A stretch of 64,000 nucleotides of DNA from Obrimoposthia wandeli. Its lineage: Eukaryota. Each line of letters opens with the position of its first letter. The stretch's first letter is position 1. Made by a program: the position numbers and the translations under genes. Where the stretch lies: positions 1,984,001 through 2,048,000 of the forward strand of contig CDROCS010001071.1 of NCBI GenBank assembly GCA_977020255.1, written 5' to 3'. The notes under the pieces were generated by a model that worked only from the letters and a program-made list of their open reading frames with translations, had not been told where the DNA came from and did no database searches. Below are positions 9,001 through 16,184 of this stretch, in pieces.

Positions 9001-10152
9001 AGAAAGTTGACGAGGAAAGATGAGAAGTTCATATGGGGAAAGGAAGCACAACAAGCGTTCGAACATTTAAAAGAAAGACTGATAAAAGCACCAATATTAG
9101 CGTTTCCAGATATAAACCGACAATTCATACTCATGACAGATGCAAGTAACTATGCTGTAGGAGCAGTATTGGGACAAGAGGATGACGAAGGAAGAGAACA
9201 CGTCATCGCGTATGCGAGTAGAGGATTAAACAGAGCCGAAAGAGGATACTCTGTTATTGAAAAGGAATGTCTAGCCATAGTGTATTCATGTAGACAGTAC
9301 AGATACTACTTGCTAGGACAAAAAGTATTCCTGTATACAGATCACAAACCACTACAGTTCTTGTATAAACATAGAGATGAGATGAGTAGATTAAACAGAT
9401 GGTTTCTAAAATTGGCCGAATTTGACCTAGAAATCCGTTATAGAACCGGAAAGTCGAATGGCAACGCAGATTGTTTGTCGAGGTTGACAAATGTAGACGA
9501 GAAAGGAAACATAATTCCAGAAGAAGATGAAACCAACGACCAAAAAGGAGAAGCAAATCTACTAACGATTTTGCTGAAGACGGGTAAAATAGACAAAGAG
9601 ATCATCAAAGAACAGAAAGAAGATGAAGAATTGAGTCTAATAAAAGAACTGTTGGTGAAAGGAGATCTAAACGATGAAATGACGAAAAAATACTCGATAA
9701 AAGAAGGAATCTTGTATATTGTCAACAATGTCGGAAAGATAGTAGTAGTAATTCCGAAGTCATTGAAAACAGCAGTGATGATCCAGTATCACGATGGAAC
9801 ACTAGGAGGACATCTGTCAGGACGAAAGACAATAGCCAGAATCAAAGAGAAATACCATTGGGATGGTATGGAAGATGACATAAAACAATGGTGTAAACAA
9901 TGTAAAGTATGTTTAACCAGAAAAGACACCGGAACTCGTACTAAAGTTCCATTAAAACCGATGCCAGTTCCTTTGGCACCAATGGAATTCACAGCGATGG
10001 ATATATTGGGACCATTGAGAGAATCAAGTAAAGAAAACAAGTACGTCATAGTATTTACGGACTACATGACGAGATGGATAGAAGCATATCCCATGCAAAA
10101 CCAGAAGGCTGAAACAATAGCGCAGATCTTAGTGGAAGAGATAATATTTTGA
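34..10152 (+). CDS. Gag-Ubl-Bcl2-like-Env-PR-IAP-PR-RT-RH-IN polyprotein, 3372 aa, truncated in the integrase core by TGA
   Basis: Uninterrupted ORF with Gag core (~150-700), CX2CX4HX4C, two DTG proteases, YIDD RT, RNase H (TDASNYAVGAVL, TDHKPL) and integrase HHCC + DILGP. The frame is also open from base 1, so the true start may be upstream. Confidence 0.95.
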   Translation: MAQPGAPVDNNAGNNVGDMNAEQLALALNATLRPNFSGSLQITKFKGDEESICDFLAEYSSCADVQGWNDREKCIRVQAHLTGLALEVYKHLTEAERLDWATLENAFIGILVLGDLAKVNKRIMRERKQKHDEGVNEYAYVLRTLAARTYPRIIMRNQDGNPVAPEAQVAENNRNQNEMAEVLLDIFRGGLKKDIKVLLAVSDTNDFDNAVRKAREIEKNIKNNAAMAIYAMTTGDDDKTKVFVNKTEPSNFQNRNYGQNKFEKGDESSNGNRDNFRNRNRDDSRSRNNSESWNRNRDDSRGRNSNDSWNRNRDDSRNRFSRDNSGNRQPWRGDDRNYNANRGERSDSRFGNNTGSRDGRFNNRGSGFESNFRRNYFRGRYDNRQNSRRVQFEDEQNKIDIRGRIMCYTCKQMGHYSRDCTRSKEFGTNRFGNNNFGNNNFGKNYRGYNSPPPWNRGGGYTPQPWRPNNQYTDRQQSPGRYNNYADRQQGAERYNNYVGQQVAERYNNSGRYNNNNVDKTNSRESSPKPKGNFSYVNDDSDRNRETELRREIDFEDSDSKFERMLGIIKDSPHTKMANSSTLSKQEKSLHSREEINDLMNRILEAYETPIEKTCNAQPMTDHIEAARNATSMENLKKIISEAKETLNQPLDETSEAPEVLAKLQTIKVHRLEEVRAELVKHSHDNLGYKEVPRGLLKGYGRYVQRSNQNGTMKISLRLISGQIIHEKLNVYQTMKTIRKMLAEKLEIDGMNMLFHYKGRSLDDEDVPVECGYPIGNELEEKIDVITVERQELVDNEGLTEILNSALEMIKTPIEILDSSSESGDNDVAEAWNKTSTPEPYVAELQDVELENELTTPLVEVPPEPEIIQTRQDEVTDIANQVRQNENVTQLVGEDEISEIIDLDSPIWHAAYRDRQAEQMMRQNEEIGHEEGPSQEIQYNGEPYDPGENQTEYQYFRRGPGRPRKDGSILRNVLTAPQTDEERHLSIGQLAASLEQYSTERNEDIRGDMNSEAPSSKDILTGILRQVKPKLFKMYKDETTDITDNLTKAVRSQMSAVKRMTANHVYHASIDRFYDGEVLARLCGNQTTNKKLITAITYLCFQLTERTSQSHEVKQGINEAMYLIENVLQRRIDENGGWAKLSDYAKTIVEMNEDDDKQCHENRQRENKQYRPKERNNQPNMSTTMMMMMLVMFMGMQQASGLIAYDCSIPKMGQKYSLLDSENCPESQPSKLEVKGVENYFVYQDVDKIQVELKECSVHSSYHEFYCGHRGFMSEITSTTPYKVHKVFPRDCEDAFRTGTIDKNYKPDVKVGVRRYETVTRVGQRWPDGSCDGGTKNVRGTKVTELVMDVTYKIELKTWTANFDKKTQRMMKYPECKMTDASCFTGESTIVYHVNPKQCSLVFLKEISFNKIKGFLYNKDGEGFLYNKVGEGFHNETRPIPMTATPTLLMATSTEEGLIFIKKRNKARCGMTVSTTNYPGIVLSRELIALAETKLKPRDMQLHTYFNNKIDFYYHKGLMQMEQLYRMMIERDCQLNKEIVRTKLALAITNPDMVAPLLPLDEGVFAKTMEEVLYTYKCNKVEVQLRKTDRCTSELAVTHNLKELFVEPITRMILPKDTPTKEISCSNIMAPEYQMTNDLWITLPDRKPTKTPEMIKMTNLKGKMKFEAVENMENAGLYNEKDLKAAWNEIMFPVKRARVLTEMVHRALPPGARYANFDMLLSPSHFKEAAHQTLRKMWGKFLVLGQLFSGIIGIYVIIKFVQVIIAHMLSTYSLYRITGITWQLIIGCFPFLAKYLMHHHHENELRALKKEQHQTRTMMRNPRNYRDDNNDDNDSPGEYAKIPGKPKIPLPDKEEVALNLYPMKELKEEKEKFKRGILMIRWPKVNYSKIPKAEEKDKKDNSRRILKSRISNENPNAPPQVAVTLNGREYLAEVDTGSAVSVLSKEILSSKELREVCPRKQTFVNVNGTDVVSEGTLKCSLNIDGRALQLNARIFTDCGSPVMIGMDVIRMFEGIIILPNNKSFKNDSSVREIKMLRGPIVEKEKYTMFRMGNPYQDKKQEALVKSILHYKDVNSGPQAMTRRKITYVNLSEKDPLRIEKNRRKSLELYYSKEMARKMARSGLQMLNATSSYGHEEVVRCVWCRVKFRKWEKNENPMKRHKRDAPNCPFLLKLKTSKIPEIQMGKAPDFDYSDEIPKGESTLIVGRVITNSRIEDIFEVMREVNECAEQYREVTFEDPRLKRLAKKGLFAIKKDGKDVIKCHKCKKERIIDRYTLELPKKTLHHEFCEFCIFKNKIKQKEQKTECIIEYQITRKEILAQQDTPVVSFVRRLYPKEAERIRDLVELKIKTTRNGYGSIFELLKDKDDSTIETKEKEYINELEYVLEDPECAVCMVNKIEVAFLPCGHVRTCRRCAKEMVSCPICRRIIYRQVRNIRFHYPNKGSGPTEFNNSINTIYHMGNINGAQRPAAIIRVNNLRVKALIDTGAVASIVSEDCLTEEQKRTMAEPDEFLVSVNGDPVKVTGILPCTFIIGCNTITIPVRIMKKCPEPTILGMDVLSQLKGISIDLQDPRLKDSTSNRQINQIDVIIENPIKIGKRSQFLIQGHTLSEDKGPVVFEPSRDFIEKYELPIVITACLIENHKIPVRLMNTTNNDILLYRGMRLGKIAQMENPTVCAMKLDKDTNDYEEIVIHSERLTTREKKPLLDLIHKFPKVIAKNPYDIGETPVIKHTIPLTEDKVVRRRPYRVPLQLQDEVKRLIEDMSKTGVIRPSFSPFSAPVVLVKKKDGKMRFCIDFRELNKITRKDVYPLPRIEEMLDKLGNSDYFTTLDLQSGYWQIEIEEENKHKTAFSCGDGLYECEKMPFGLTGAPATFQRCMNFVLASCANTMVYIDDIIIFSKTFEEHLKNLEVVFKRLENAKLKVKPTKCDWAKERVTFLGHIVSKECIRPDTAKIENVKAHLAPKTVKEIQSFLGLANYYRRFVVHFSDIATPLRKLTRKDEKFIWGKEAQQAFEHLKERLIKAPILAFPDINRQFILMTDASNYAVGAVLGQEDDEGREHVIAYASRGLNRAERGYSVIEKECLAIVYSCRQYRYYLLGQKVFLYTDHKPLQFLYKHRDEMSRLNRWFLKLAEFDLEIRYRTGKSNGNADCLSRLTNVDEKGNIIPEEDETNDQKGEANLLTILLKTGKIDKEIIKEQKEDEELSLIKELLVKGDLNDEMTKKYSIKEGILYIVNNVGKIVVVIPKSLKTAVMIQYHDGTLGGHLSGRKTIARIKEKYHWDGMEDDIKQWCKQCKVCLTRKDTGTRTKVPLKPMPVPLAPMEFTAMDILGPLRESSKENKYVIVFTDYMTRWIEAYPMQNQKAETIAQILVEEIIF
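1252..1293 (+). other. Gag CCHC zinc knuckle (CYTCKQMGHYSRDC)
   Basis: Exact CX2CX4HX4C motif inside an R/N/G-rich region. Confidence 0.93.
2167..2400 (+). other. Ubiquitin/SUMO-like (beta-grasp) domain in polyprotein
   Basis: MKISLRLISGQII...TMKTIRKMLAEKLEI...LFHYKGRSLDD resembles ubiquitin MQIFVKTLTGKTI...TIENVKAKIQDKEGI...LIFAGKQLED; no terminal GG. Confidence 0.7.
2899..2925 (+). other. AT-hook motif RRGPGRPRK
   Basis: GRP core flanked by basic residues. Confidence 0.6.
3073..3480 (+). other. Divergent Bcl-2-like domain
   Basis: BH2-like RRIDENGGWAKLSDY (cf. WIQDNGGWDAF), preceded at the expected spacing by a BH1-position hydrophobic helix (TTNKKLITAITYLCFQL); NWGR not conserved. Confidence 0.5.
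3571..5420 (+). other. Envelope glycoprotein, chuvirus/gB-like class III fusion protein type, with internal signal peptide and C-terminal TM
   Basis: Signal peptide MMMMMLVMFMGMQQASG|LIAYDC and a Cys-rich ectodomain. Motifs YFNNKIDF..., DCQLNKEI..TKLALAITNPD, EVLYTYKCNKVEV.LR.T.RCTSELAV, LFVEPITRMIL and GLY resemble chuvirus glycoproteins. TM at ~5251-5337. Confidence 0.8.
5782..6063 (+). other. Retropepsin aspartic protease 1
   Basis: LAEVDTGSAVSVL (DTG at 5833) and C-terminal MIGMDVI. Confidence 0.88.
6325..7302 (+). other. IAP module: BIR (6325-6540), degenerate BIR (~6712-6900), C3HC4 RING (7195-7302)
   Basis: R..S...MARSG...VRCVWCRVKFRKWEKNENPMKRHKRDAPNCPFL is a canonical BIR with CxxC..H..C. 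RING CAVC..AFLPCGHVRTCRRCA...CPICR is IAP-type. Confidence 0.9.
7438..7710 (+). other. Retropepsin aspartic protease 2 (canonical pol position)
   Basis: VKALIDTGAVASIV (DTG at 7477) and ILGMDVL; followed by the usual gypsy PR-RT linker. Confidence 0.92.
8200..9490 (+). other. Reverse transcriptase and RNase H
   Basis: SPFSAPVVLVKKKDG.MRFCIDFRELN, LDLQSGYWQ, MPFGL.GAPATFQR, YIDD (8692-8703), FLGH, TDAS, EKECLAI, TDHKPL. Confidence 0.97.
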
Positions 10153-10720
10153 TACGGAGTACCTAGAAAGTTATTAACGGATCAAGGTAAGAACTTCACT
10201 GGAGAAGTAATCAAAGCAGTATCGAAGATATTCGGAATCATGAAGTTACAAACTTCACCATATCACCCACAAACCGATGGTCTAGTAGAAAGGTTTAATA
10301 AAACTTTATGTATGATGGTACAATCCTATTGCTCAGACAAGCAAGAGGATTGGGATAAATATTAGAACAATATGCCAATGATCTGGAGTGGACCGAACCA
10401 ACATCTCAGTATCTAGAAACTGAACAATACATTGTCGTTATGAAAGAAAGATTGCAAGATGCTTGGACTAAAGCAGGATTGAAACTGAAATTCAATCAAG
10501 AAGGTTACAAGGAACAATATGACAAAAAGGCAAAACCACATGAATTTAGAGTCGGAGACCAAGTGATGATATTTTATCCAGTCATCGAACCAGGTCTATC
10601 GTTTAAACTTCATAGACCATACAAAGGACCATACAAGGTGATACAGACAACCTCAACAAATTTGAAAGTAATCAACGAGGAGAACCGGAACAAAGAACCA
10701 ATGATTGTACATGCAAATCG
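9780..10720 (+). pseudogene. Integrase, disrupted (TGA at 10150-10152; deletion/frameshift at ~10362)
   Basis: HHCC finger and DILGP are followed by a TGA, then in frame YGVPRKLLTDQGKNF...SPYHPQTDGLVERFNKTL. The usual 'PYVLFAYRT...TPF' segment is missing, and the frame resumes shifted with a GPY/F motif (KLHRPYKGPYKV). Confidence 0.9.
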
Positions 10721-12041
10721 ATGTAAATTAGTACCAAATAAAGATAACACGTCACGATACGAGTTAAGATCACAGAAATTGAAGCCGAATACCAATACCA
10801 TTAAACTTACACGAATGGTAAGTGATCGAAACTACATAAATATGATGACAAGTGGTAGCGAGAGAAAACCAGTGAGAATTGGTATGCTCAGAATGAAGCA
10901 CCAAGAGGAAAAAGAAGTAATCCGACACATCGCACCACAAGAGATATTGGAAGAAGACGAAGAGATAATAGTTGTTTTCGAAAGAACACAACCAACAGAT
11001 GTGGCGAAAGAAGTCATTGTGAAAGATGCACTGACAAACGAATTTCTATGCGAACTTAGAGTGTCATACTACGACGGAAATACATTAGTCGCAGAACTAC
11101 ATCAAAACTCCAATGTGTTTACGACTGAGAAAGTGATCATCGAAATCACATTGACACCAAACATAGTTGCATGGCAGAACTATGACAGTACTGAAGCAGG
11201 ACTAGCATGTCAGGAAGAAAAAGAACCGGCCGGTGGTCACATACTGCATGGTACACCAAAAAGACTCAAACAAGAATACCACGATGTAATAATGGTATTA
11301 CGTAATTCACATGGGAAAAGAGACATAATGAGAGTTCATTTAATCGACGCTGACACTGAAAAGATAATCTGTCAGATGGACACCAAATACTTTGACGGAA
11401 AGACCATTGTATGTAATATACCGGAATCTCACCAATTAAACACAGATCAAACGGAAGTATCTGTAAGGTTGAGCGTAATAGAAGGATTTCATTCGCCAAC
11501 CCAACCGGAAGTAACAAACAATGAAATCATTAAAGCAACGGCAGAGTTACGCATTGACAGCGGATACCGGAAGTGGGAAGCTAAAAATAAACCACAAAGA
11601 ATCAATATGATCCGAGAACAAGTGACAACCTCAATTCAACCAAAATATCATGCTGAAATAGTATCAACCGCACCAAGTGTGATTACATCGATAAACGACG
11701 AAATTATAATTTTACTAAAAAATCGATGGCCGTCATCAACCGAGATACGAGTCAATTTAATTAATTATGCGAAAACACCCATATCTAAGCTGAATGTCAC
11801 CTATTTCGATGGATTGTCCATCATGGGTAAATTGGAAACAATTGTCATGTGCTACGGAGCACAGTTCCAAGTTGAGATACTTAAAGATAGTGTAATACCG
11901 TATCCAATTCACAGATACGCAGGACCAGTCAATCCAATTATTCTAACCCCTTCATTAATTTCAGTTCAGACAGACATACCAGAATTCCCTTCGAACGAGT
12001 CTAGTCAAGACAGCGAACCTGAAAGTAGCGATCCAGAATAA
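10440..12041 (+). CDS. Integrase C-terminus (GPY/F) plus three ~65-aa repeats of an unknown domain; frameshifted continuation of the polyprotein
   Basis: Frame open from 10362; FRVGDQV...KGPYKV; repeats share Y(Y/F)DGx(T/S)(L/I). Confidence 0.8.
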   Translation: MKERLQDAWTKAGLKLKFNQEGYKEQYDKKAKPHEFRVGDQVMIFYPVIEPGLSFKLHRPYKGPYKVIQTTSTNLKVINEENRNKEPMIVHANRCKLVPNKDNTSRYELRSQKLKPNTNTIKLTRMVSDRNYINMMTSGSERKPVRIGMLRMKHQEEKEVIRHIAPQEILEEDEEIIVVFERTQPTDVAKEVIVKDALTNEFLCELRVSYYDGNTLVAELHQNSNVFTTEKVIIEITLTPNIVAWQNYDSTEAGLACQEEKEPAGGHILHGTPKRLKQEYHDVIMVLRNSHGKRDIMRVHLIDADTEKIICQMDTKYFDGKTIVCNIPESHQLNTDQTEVSVRLSVIEGFHSPTQPEVTNNEIIKATAELRIDSGYRKWEAKNKPQRINMIREQVTTSIQPKYHAEIVSTAPSVITSINDEIIILLKNRWPSSTEIRVNLINYAKTPISKLNVTYFDGLSIMGKLETIVMCYGAQFQVEILKDSVIPYPIHRYAGPVNPIILTPSLISVQTDIPEFPSNESSQDSEPESSDPE

Positions 12042-13310
12042 AAGAATCCGAAGATAACATAATAGAGCGATTCGAAAAAACCATGGAGGTTGAATTCGCT
12101 AAAGAGAGCAGAAAAAGACGAAACATAGAATTCGTGAAACAGAATATACAAGAAAGACGAATCAAATCTGCAGAAGAGACCGAGTCGGAAGAGGAATCAA
12201 CAAAGGAACAGACATCAGAGACAAAGATGAATATATCTCCAGCAATACGAATGCTGAGAGGAAAGAAACTGGCGAAACTATCCAACATTGACGAACAAAT
12301 AAAGAAGAGATTAGAAAGACTAAAACTTTAAGAGTCAGAATTAATGCCACCAATGAGTGAGATCATTCCAGGTAAGTTATACCTCGGAAATGTGGAAGAT
12401 GCAACAGACGAAAAGAAACTGTTGGAACAAGGGATAACATACGTGATCAACGTTACAATGAATCACAAATCTTAATATCAGACGATCAGAGCCATGACAT
12501 TAAGAGTAAAAGACTCAATGGAGGCTAATCTTCTCGAATGGTTCGTAAAAACAAACGAGATACTTCACAGAGAACTCCAAAACCAAGGAAAAGTGTTGGT
12601 ACATTGTCAGAAAGGAATCTCCCGATCAGCAACCCTAGTATTAGCGTATCTAATAAAGACTAGACGAATGCAGGTACTAGAAGCGCTGAAATACCTGCAG
12701 GAAAGAAGAAGTATTGCAAACCCAAACCTTAATTTTTTGGGACAATTGTCAAATTACCAACTCCTGTTGCAAGAACAGAGACGGATGGACGACATCCCTG
12801 AGGATCCAAAGGAAAAGAATTTCCTCCAAGCACTATCGTTGACCGGATTATTCTTAGCCGGAGTCGATAAAATCACTCAGATAATGCCGAAAGTATTTTT
12901 ATGTTATCCAGGAGATATAGATACCGCTGGATTAAAGTTCCACAGTATCAACCGAGTAATTAATATTGTCGAAGTCGGAAATGAGATAATCAGTCTGTGT
13001 CAAAATACTGAAGATGACACAACTCGATACATACATGCTTCCAATCGAGAGATAAATGATGCACAACAACATCTGATGAAATTGACTCAAACCATTCAAG
13101 CCGAAGTCACAGAAGGAAACGGCGTTCTGATATATCAGAAAAAGGTACAATGTTAGCTCCTACCATAGGTGTATCCTTGTTGGTAGAGTACCATGATCAT
13201 ACACCAGAAGAAGCGATGGTTTATATCAAACAGAATAGACCAGACACGGAATTCAAACCGTTACTCGTTCGAGAAATAGAGAAGTACTCCGAAAAGAGGA
13301 AGCAACAACG
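12029..13310 (+). pseudogene. Charged linker plus tandem dual-specificity phosphatase domains (first with intact HCX5R, second degenerate)
   Basis: One frame from 12029 to 13156 with stops at 12329 and 12473: MSEIIPGKLYLGN..DA...GITYVINVT, VHCQKGISRSATLVLAYL, RSIANPNLNFLGQL. The second domain (ITQIMPKVFL...EEAMVYIKQNRP) crosses a frameshift at ~13140. Confidence 0.85.
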
Positions 13311-13794
13311 AGAAACAAATGAAGCTACAACAACAGTACCCAGCTATCAATACCAAAGATTGCTAGCACTAGGCTTGTTAAATTGTTTGATGCCGATAAC
13401 AGGAGCACAAGAGATAGGCTCCAACCACGGAAATAGTTCATGGTTCAAAGAAATCAACAACTACATCATACAGTACCATACACCGGCACTGATGATGCTA
13501 TTAGTGTTGTTAGGACTAATTGATGTGTGGGTCATCCGAAAATGTCTCCGATCTATGAGAACCGACAGTAAAAGATTTCAGTTTGTAAAGATGAAGAGAC
13601 CAACTGGACCAACGAACCAAGTACTTGTGTATCTAGACGAAAGGATTGAGGATAACATAGTGAATGAAGCGATATTCTATCCACAAAACAGAATACTGAA
13701 TCAATTCCGAATAGTTACGAAGCTGATCGACAGCGCACACTTGACCGAATATCAGCAACATTCGCCGGATGCAGGCGAAGAAAACGAATTGTAA
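13150..13794 (+). CDS. Polyprotein fragment: end of pseudo-phosphatase, signal peptide plus TM cassette
   Basis: LLALGLLNCLMPITGA|QE followed by TM ALMMLLVLLGLIDVWVI. Confidence 0.65.
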   Translation: MLAPTIGVSLLVEYHDHTPEEAMVYIKQNRPDTEFKPLLVREIEKYSEKRKQQRETNEATTTVPSYQYQRLLALGLLNCLMPITGAQEIGSNHGNSSWFKEINNYIIQYHTPALMMLLVLLGLIDVWVIRKCLRSMRTDSKRFQFVKMKRPTGPTNQVLVYLDERIEDNIVNEAIFYPQNRILNQFRIVTKLIDSAHLTEYQQHSPDAGEENEL

Positions 13795-13883
13795 AGGAAA
13801 TACAAAAAGATGCGGATACAAAAGGTCCGACGTATATATTCGACGGCGATGTCATCAAAACACGTGAGTATGGAAGTAAGAGA

Positions 13884-14267
13884 GTGATAATTGAAACGAT
13901 GGAAGGACATAAAACATGCTTGTCCGCCAAAAATGGATTCGGAAAGTTGACGATACAAGGTAAACAGGTACAGTTGATTATCGGAAAAACTGGAATCGAA
14001 GATATGTCAAAACAACGACAGACAACAAAACGACCTAACCAGAAACATATATTTCTCAAACGAATGATAATCAAAACCCTTTGCAAAAGGACAATCAAGG
14101 CCCTGTGCACCGTTGCACAAGGATTAATCTACGGAGTAGTAATTGGATTGGTACTACAAGCCATTCCAACCAGTAAAGCTGAATTGATGACACTATCCGA
14201 ATATAATTTACATTTGAGAAATCTAGACAACACCCTAGAAATAATCAAGACGTCCCACAGTATGTGA
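13884..14267 (+). CDS. Polyprotein fragment ending in a signal-peptide-like segment
   Basis: Frame open from ~13790; LIYGVVIGLVLQAIPTSKA|EL; overlaps the next ORF by a -1 shift. Confidence 0.55.
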   Translation: MIIETMEGHKTCLSAKNGFGKLTIQGKQVQLIIGKTGIEDMSKQRQTTKRPNQKHIFLKRMIIKTLCKRTIKALCTVAQGLIYGVVIGLVLQAIPTSKAELMTLSEYNLHLRNLDNTLEIIKTSHSM

Positions 14268-16060
14268 AAGGATGTCCACGACGAATGTGTATAGTCCCAG
14301 CGACCGAAATGAAAACACTTAATGGACATTATGGAGTTAGTGTTGTCACATGTGAAGATTACACATTTGGACAAACTAAAATAGTACTTCTCAGTGACAT
14401 GTCCAACCAAAGTGTACATAAATTTAAAATATTAACCATCAAGAGTAAAGGGATACCAGCAATACGTTATGGTATTCTAGAATTGGTTAATGCAATACTG
14501 GCATTGATCATAGGATTTATAATATTAATATTACTCATATTGTTTTGTTGTACAAAGATAGAGTTGAGATCAAAAAAGAAACGTCATGATCTCGCAAGAC
14601 AAACAGGTCAAATGAATTTACAAAAATTCAACACAAGTATACCAAGACCAGCATTCCTAAATGAACCAGCACCAGAGTACCAGCCAACAATATATGAACA
14701 TATCGAGGAAAGACCGTACTATATGAGTAACTTGAGTTGTTCCAGAGAAGTTCCTGAGATTCGGAACCGAACGATATTAGGAATCATGCTGATCATGCAA
14801 ATCACCACGACCGAGGCTGGTTATGAGATCATGATCAGTAAATGGAGACAAGATACGATACGTGCGTTATACATAGAAATCCCTCTATTAAAAACAAATC
14901 ACGTAGTAGACATTCACTTACAAACGTCAGCAACCGACAATGTCGATCAGAAATTGTATGTCATCCGACAGGTCAGAATAAAGATTGACCAACATACACC
15001 TTATTACCGACTGATATTATTCTATCATGAAAGGGTGTTATACCTACGGATAACGATATCAAAGAGGAAACGGATTATTCAAAGTATCCGAACAAAGTCA
15101 TTAATATTGCCTAGAGATGAGCGAATATGGAAAGTTGTCGACAGGATTATGATCACAGGTAGACGACGTAAAACCGTATGGAATTCCGTTAGAATATTCT
15201 TCAGATTGTTAGAAACTGACCAGGCAACAGTGGCGTGTCTCAATCCAGATGGTGGAATCAGATTCGAAATTCAAAACCAAATGTTAATACCACATTTTGA
15301 TGCAGAATGTCTATGTAACCGAATTCCCAGCAATGCTAGAGAGACCACTACCATAATCATGGTAATAACAGGTGAAATATTCTACATAACTCTAAGATAC
15401 CAGACACGTCGATTTCGTGGACTCGGTATAAGTATTAAACCCAGGAAAATTATTTCCGGAAAACCAATCAAGGTCATAAAAAAGGAAAAGGTGAAAGGAA
15501 GTAAACGTCATTCCAAAAAGCCAATCATAATCAAAAAGAAGGCAAAGGTAAACGGAAGTAAACGCCATTCCGAGAAGCCAAAAGTAGTCATAACAAAGGC
15601 AGAAGTGAAAGGAAAAGAGCTCAATCCCAGAAACCAAAGTACAAGTATTAAGAGGACAAGAGTGAAGGGAACGATCCCACTAGATCCCAAACATCATTTC
15701 CAATCTAAATTAATAATACCTGTTCCACCGGAAACAAAATATCCAAATCCGCGAGTTATTAGAAAATCGGACATAATACATGGAAACCGATCAACACCAA
15801 TGGAAATGTCATTCAAACCGACAAACAACAAAATGAAGTATGATTATCAATCATCAGACAGCGGAATAACAGCGGTCAATGCTCTAATTGGAATGGCAGT
15901 AGTGTCAACAGCAGTGGTCCTATTGACAGTCGTGTGCGTGAAAGGCAGTCAAGTATGTCCAAGAATACGACGAAAATGCGAAGGACTGCGATGCTGTAAC
16001 ACACCCACAATGGAGGAAGTGGAATTGCGACCCTTACCTCCGCCTCCCATCAAGACATGA
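14264..16060 (+). CDS. Polyprotein C-terminal part: TM, signal peptide, ectodomain with Lys-rich duplication, TM, Cys/Pro-rich tail
   Basis: 598-aa ORF with TM ILALIIGFIILILLILFCC, signal TILGIMLIMQITTTEA|GY and TM ALIGMAVVSTAVVLLTVVCV. A homologous relic lies at 56500-56815. Confidence 0.75.
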   Translation: MKGCPRRMCIVPATEMKTLNGHYGVSVVTCEDYTFGQTKIVLLSDMSNQSVHKFKILTIKSKGIPAIRYGILELVNAILALIIGFIILILLILFCCTKIELRSKKKRHDLARQTGQMNLQKFNTSIPRPAFLNEPAPEYQPTIYEHIEERPYYMSNLSCSREVPEIRNRTILGIMLIMQITTTEAGYEIMISKWRQDTIRALYIEIPLLKTNHVVDIHLQTSATDNVDQKLYVIRQVRIKIDQHTPYYRLILFYHERVLYLRITISKRKRIIQSIRTKSLILPRDERIWKVVDRIMITGRRRKTVWNSVRIFFRLLETDQATVACLNPDGGIRFEIQNQMLIPHFDAECLCNRIPSNARETTTIIMVITGEIFYITLRYQTRRFRGLGISIKPRKIISGKPIKVIKKEKVKGSKRHSKKPIIIKKKAKVNGSKRHSEKPKVVITKAEVKGKELNPRNQSTSIKRTRVKGTIPLDPKHHFQSKLIIPVPPETKYPNPRVIRKSDIIHGNRSTPMEMSFKPTNNKMKYDYQSSDSGITAVNALIGMAVVSTAVVLLTVVCVKGSQVCPRIRRKCEGLRCCNTPTMEEVELRPLPPPPIKT

Positions 16061-16184
16061 TAAGTCAGAGGAGGTTGTAGATAAATTAGTGTGTGAAATA
16101 TGTAGAAATATCTAGAAGCGATTGTACAAATAAGTAGAAATATGTAAAACTCATGTAGAAATTAATTGTCATCATGTATTTAGA

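Noticed and set aside
10150-10152. TGA in integrase as programmed readthrough
   Set aside because: The context TGA-TAC is not a known leaky signal, it replaces a conserved Arg position inside the catalytic core, and a deletion follows 200 nt later.
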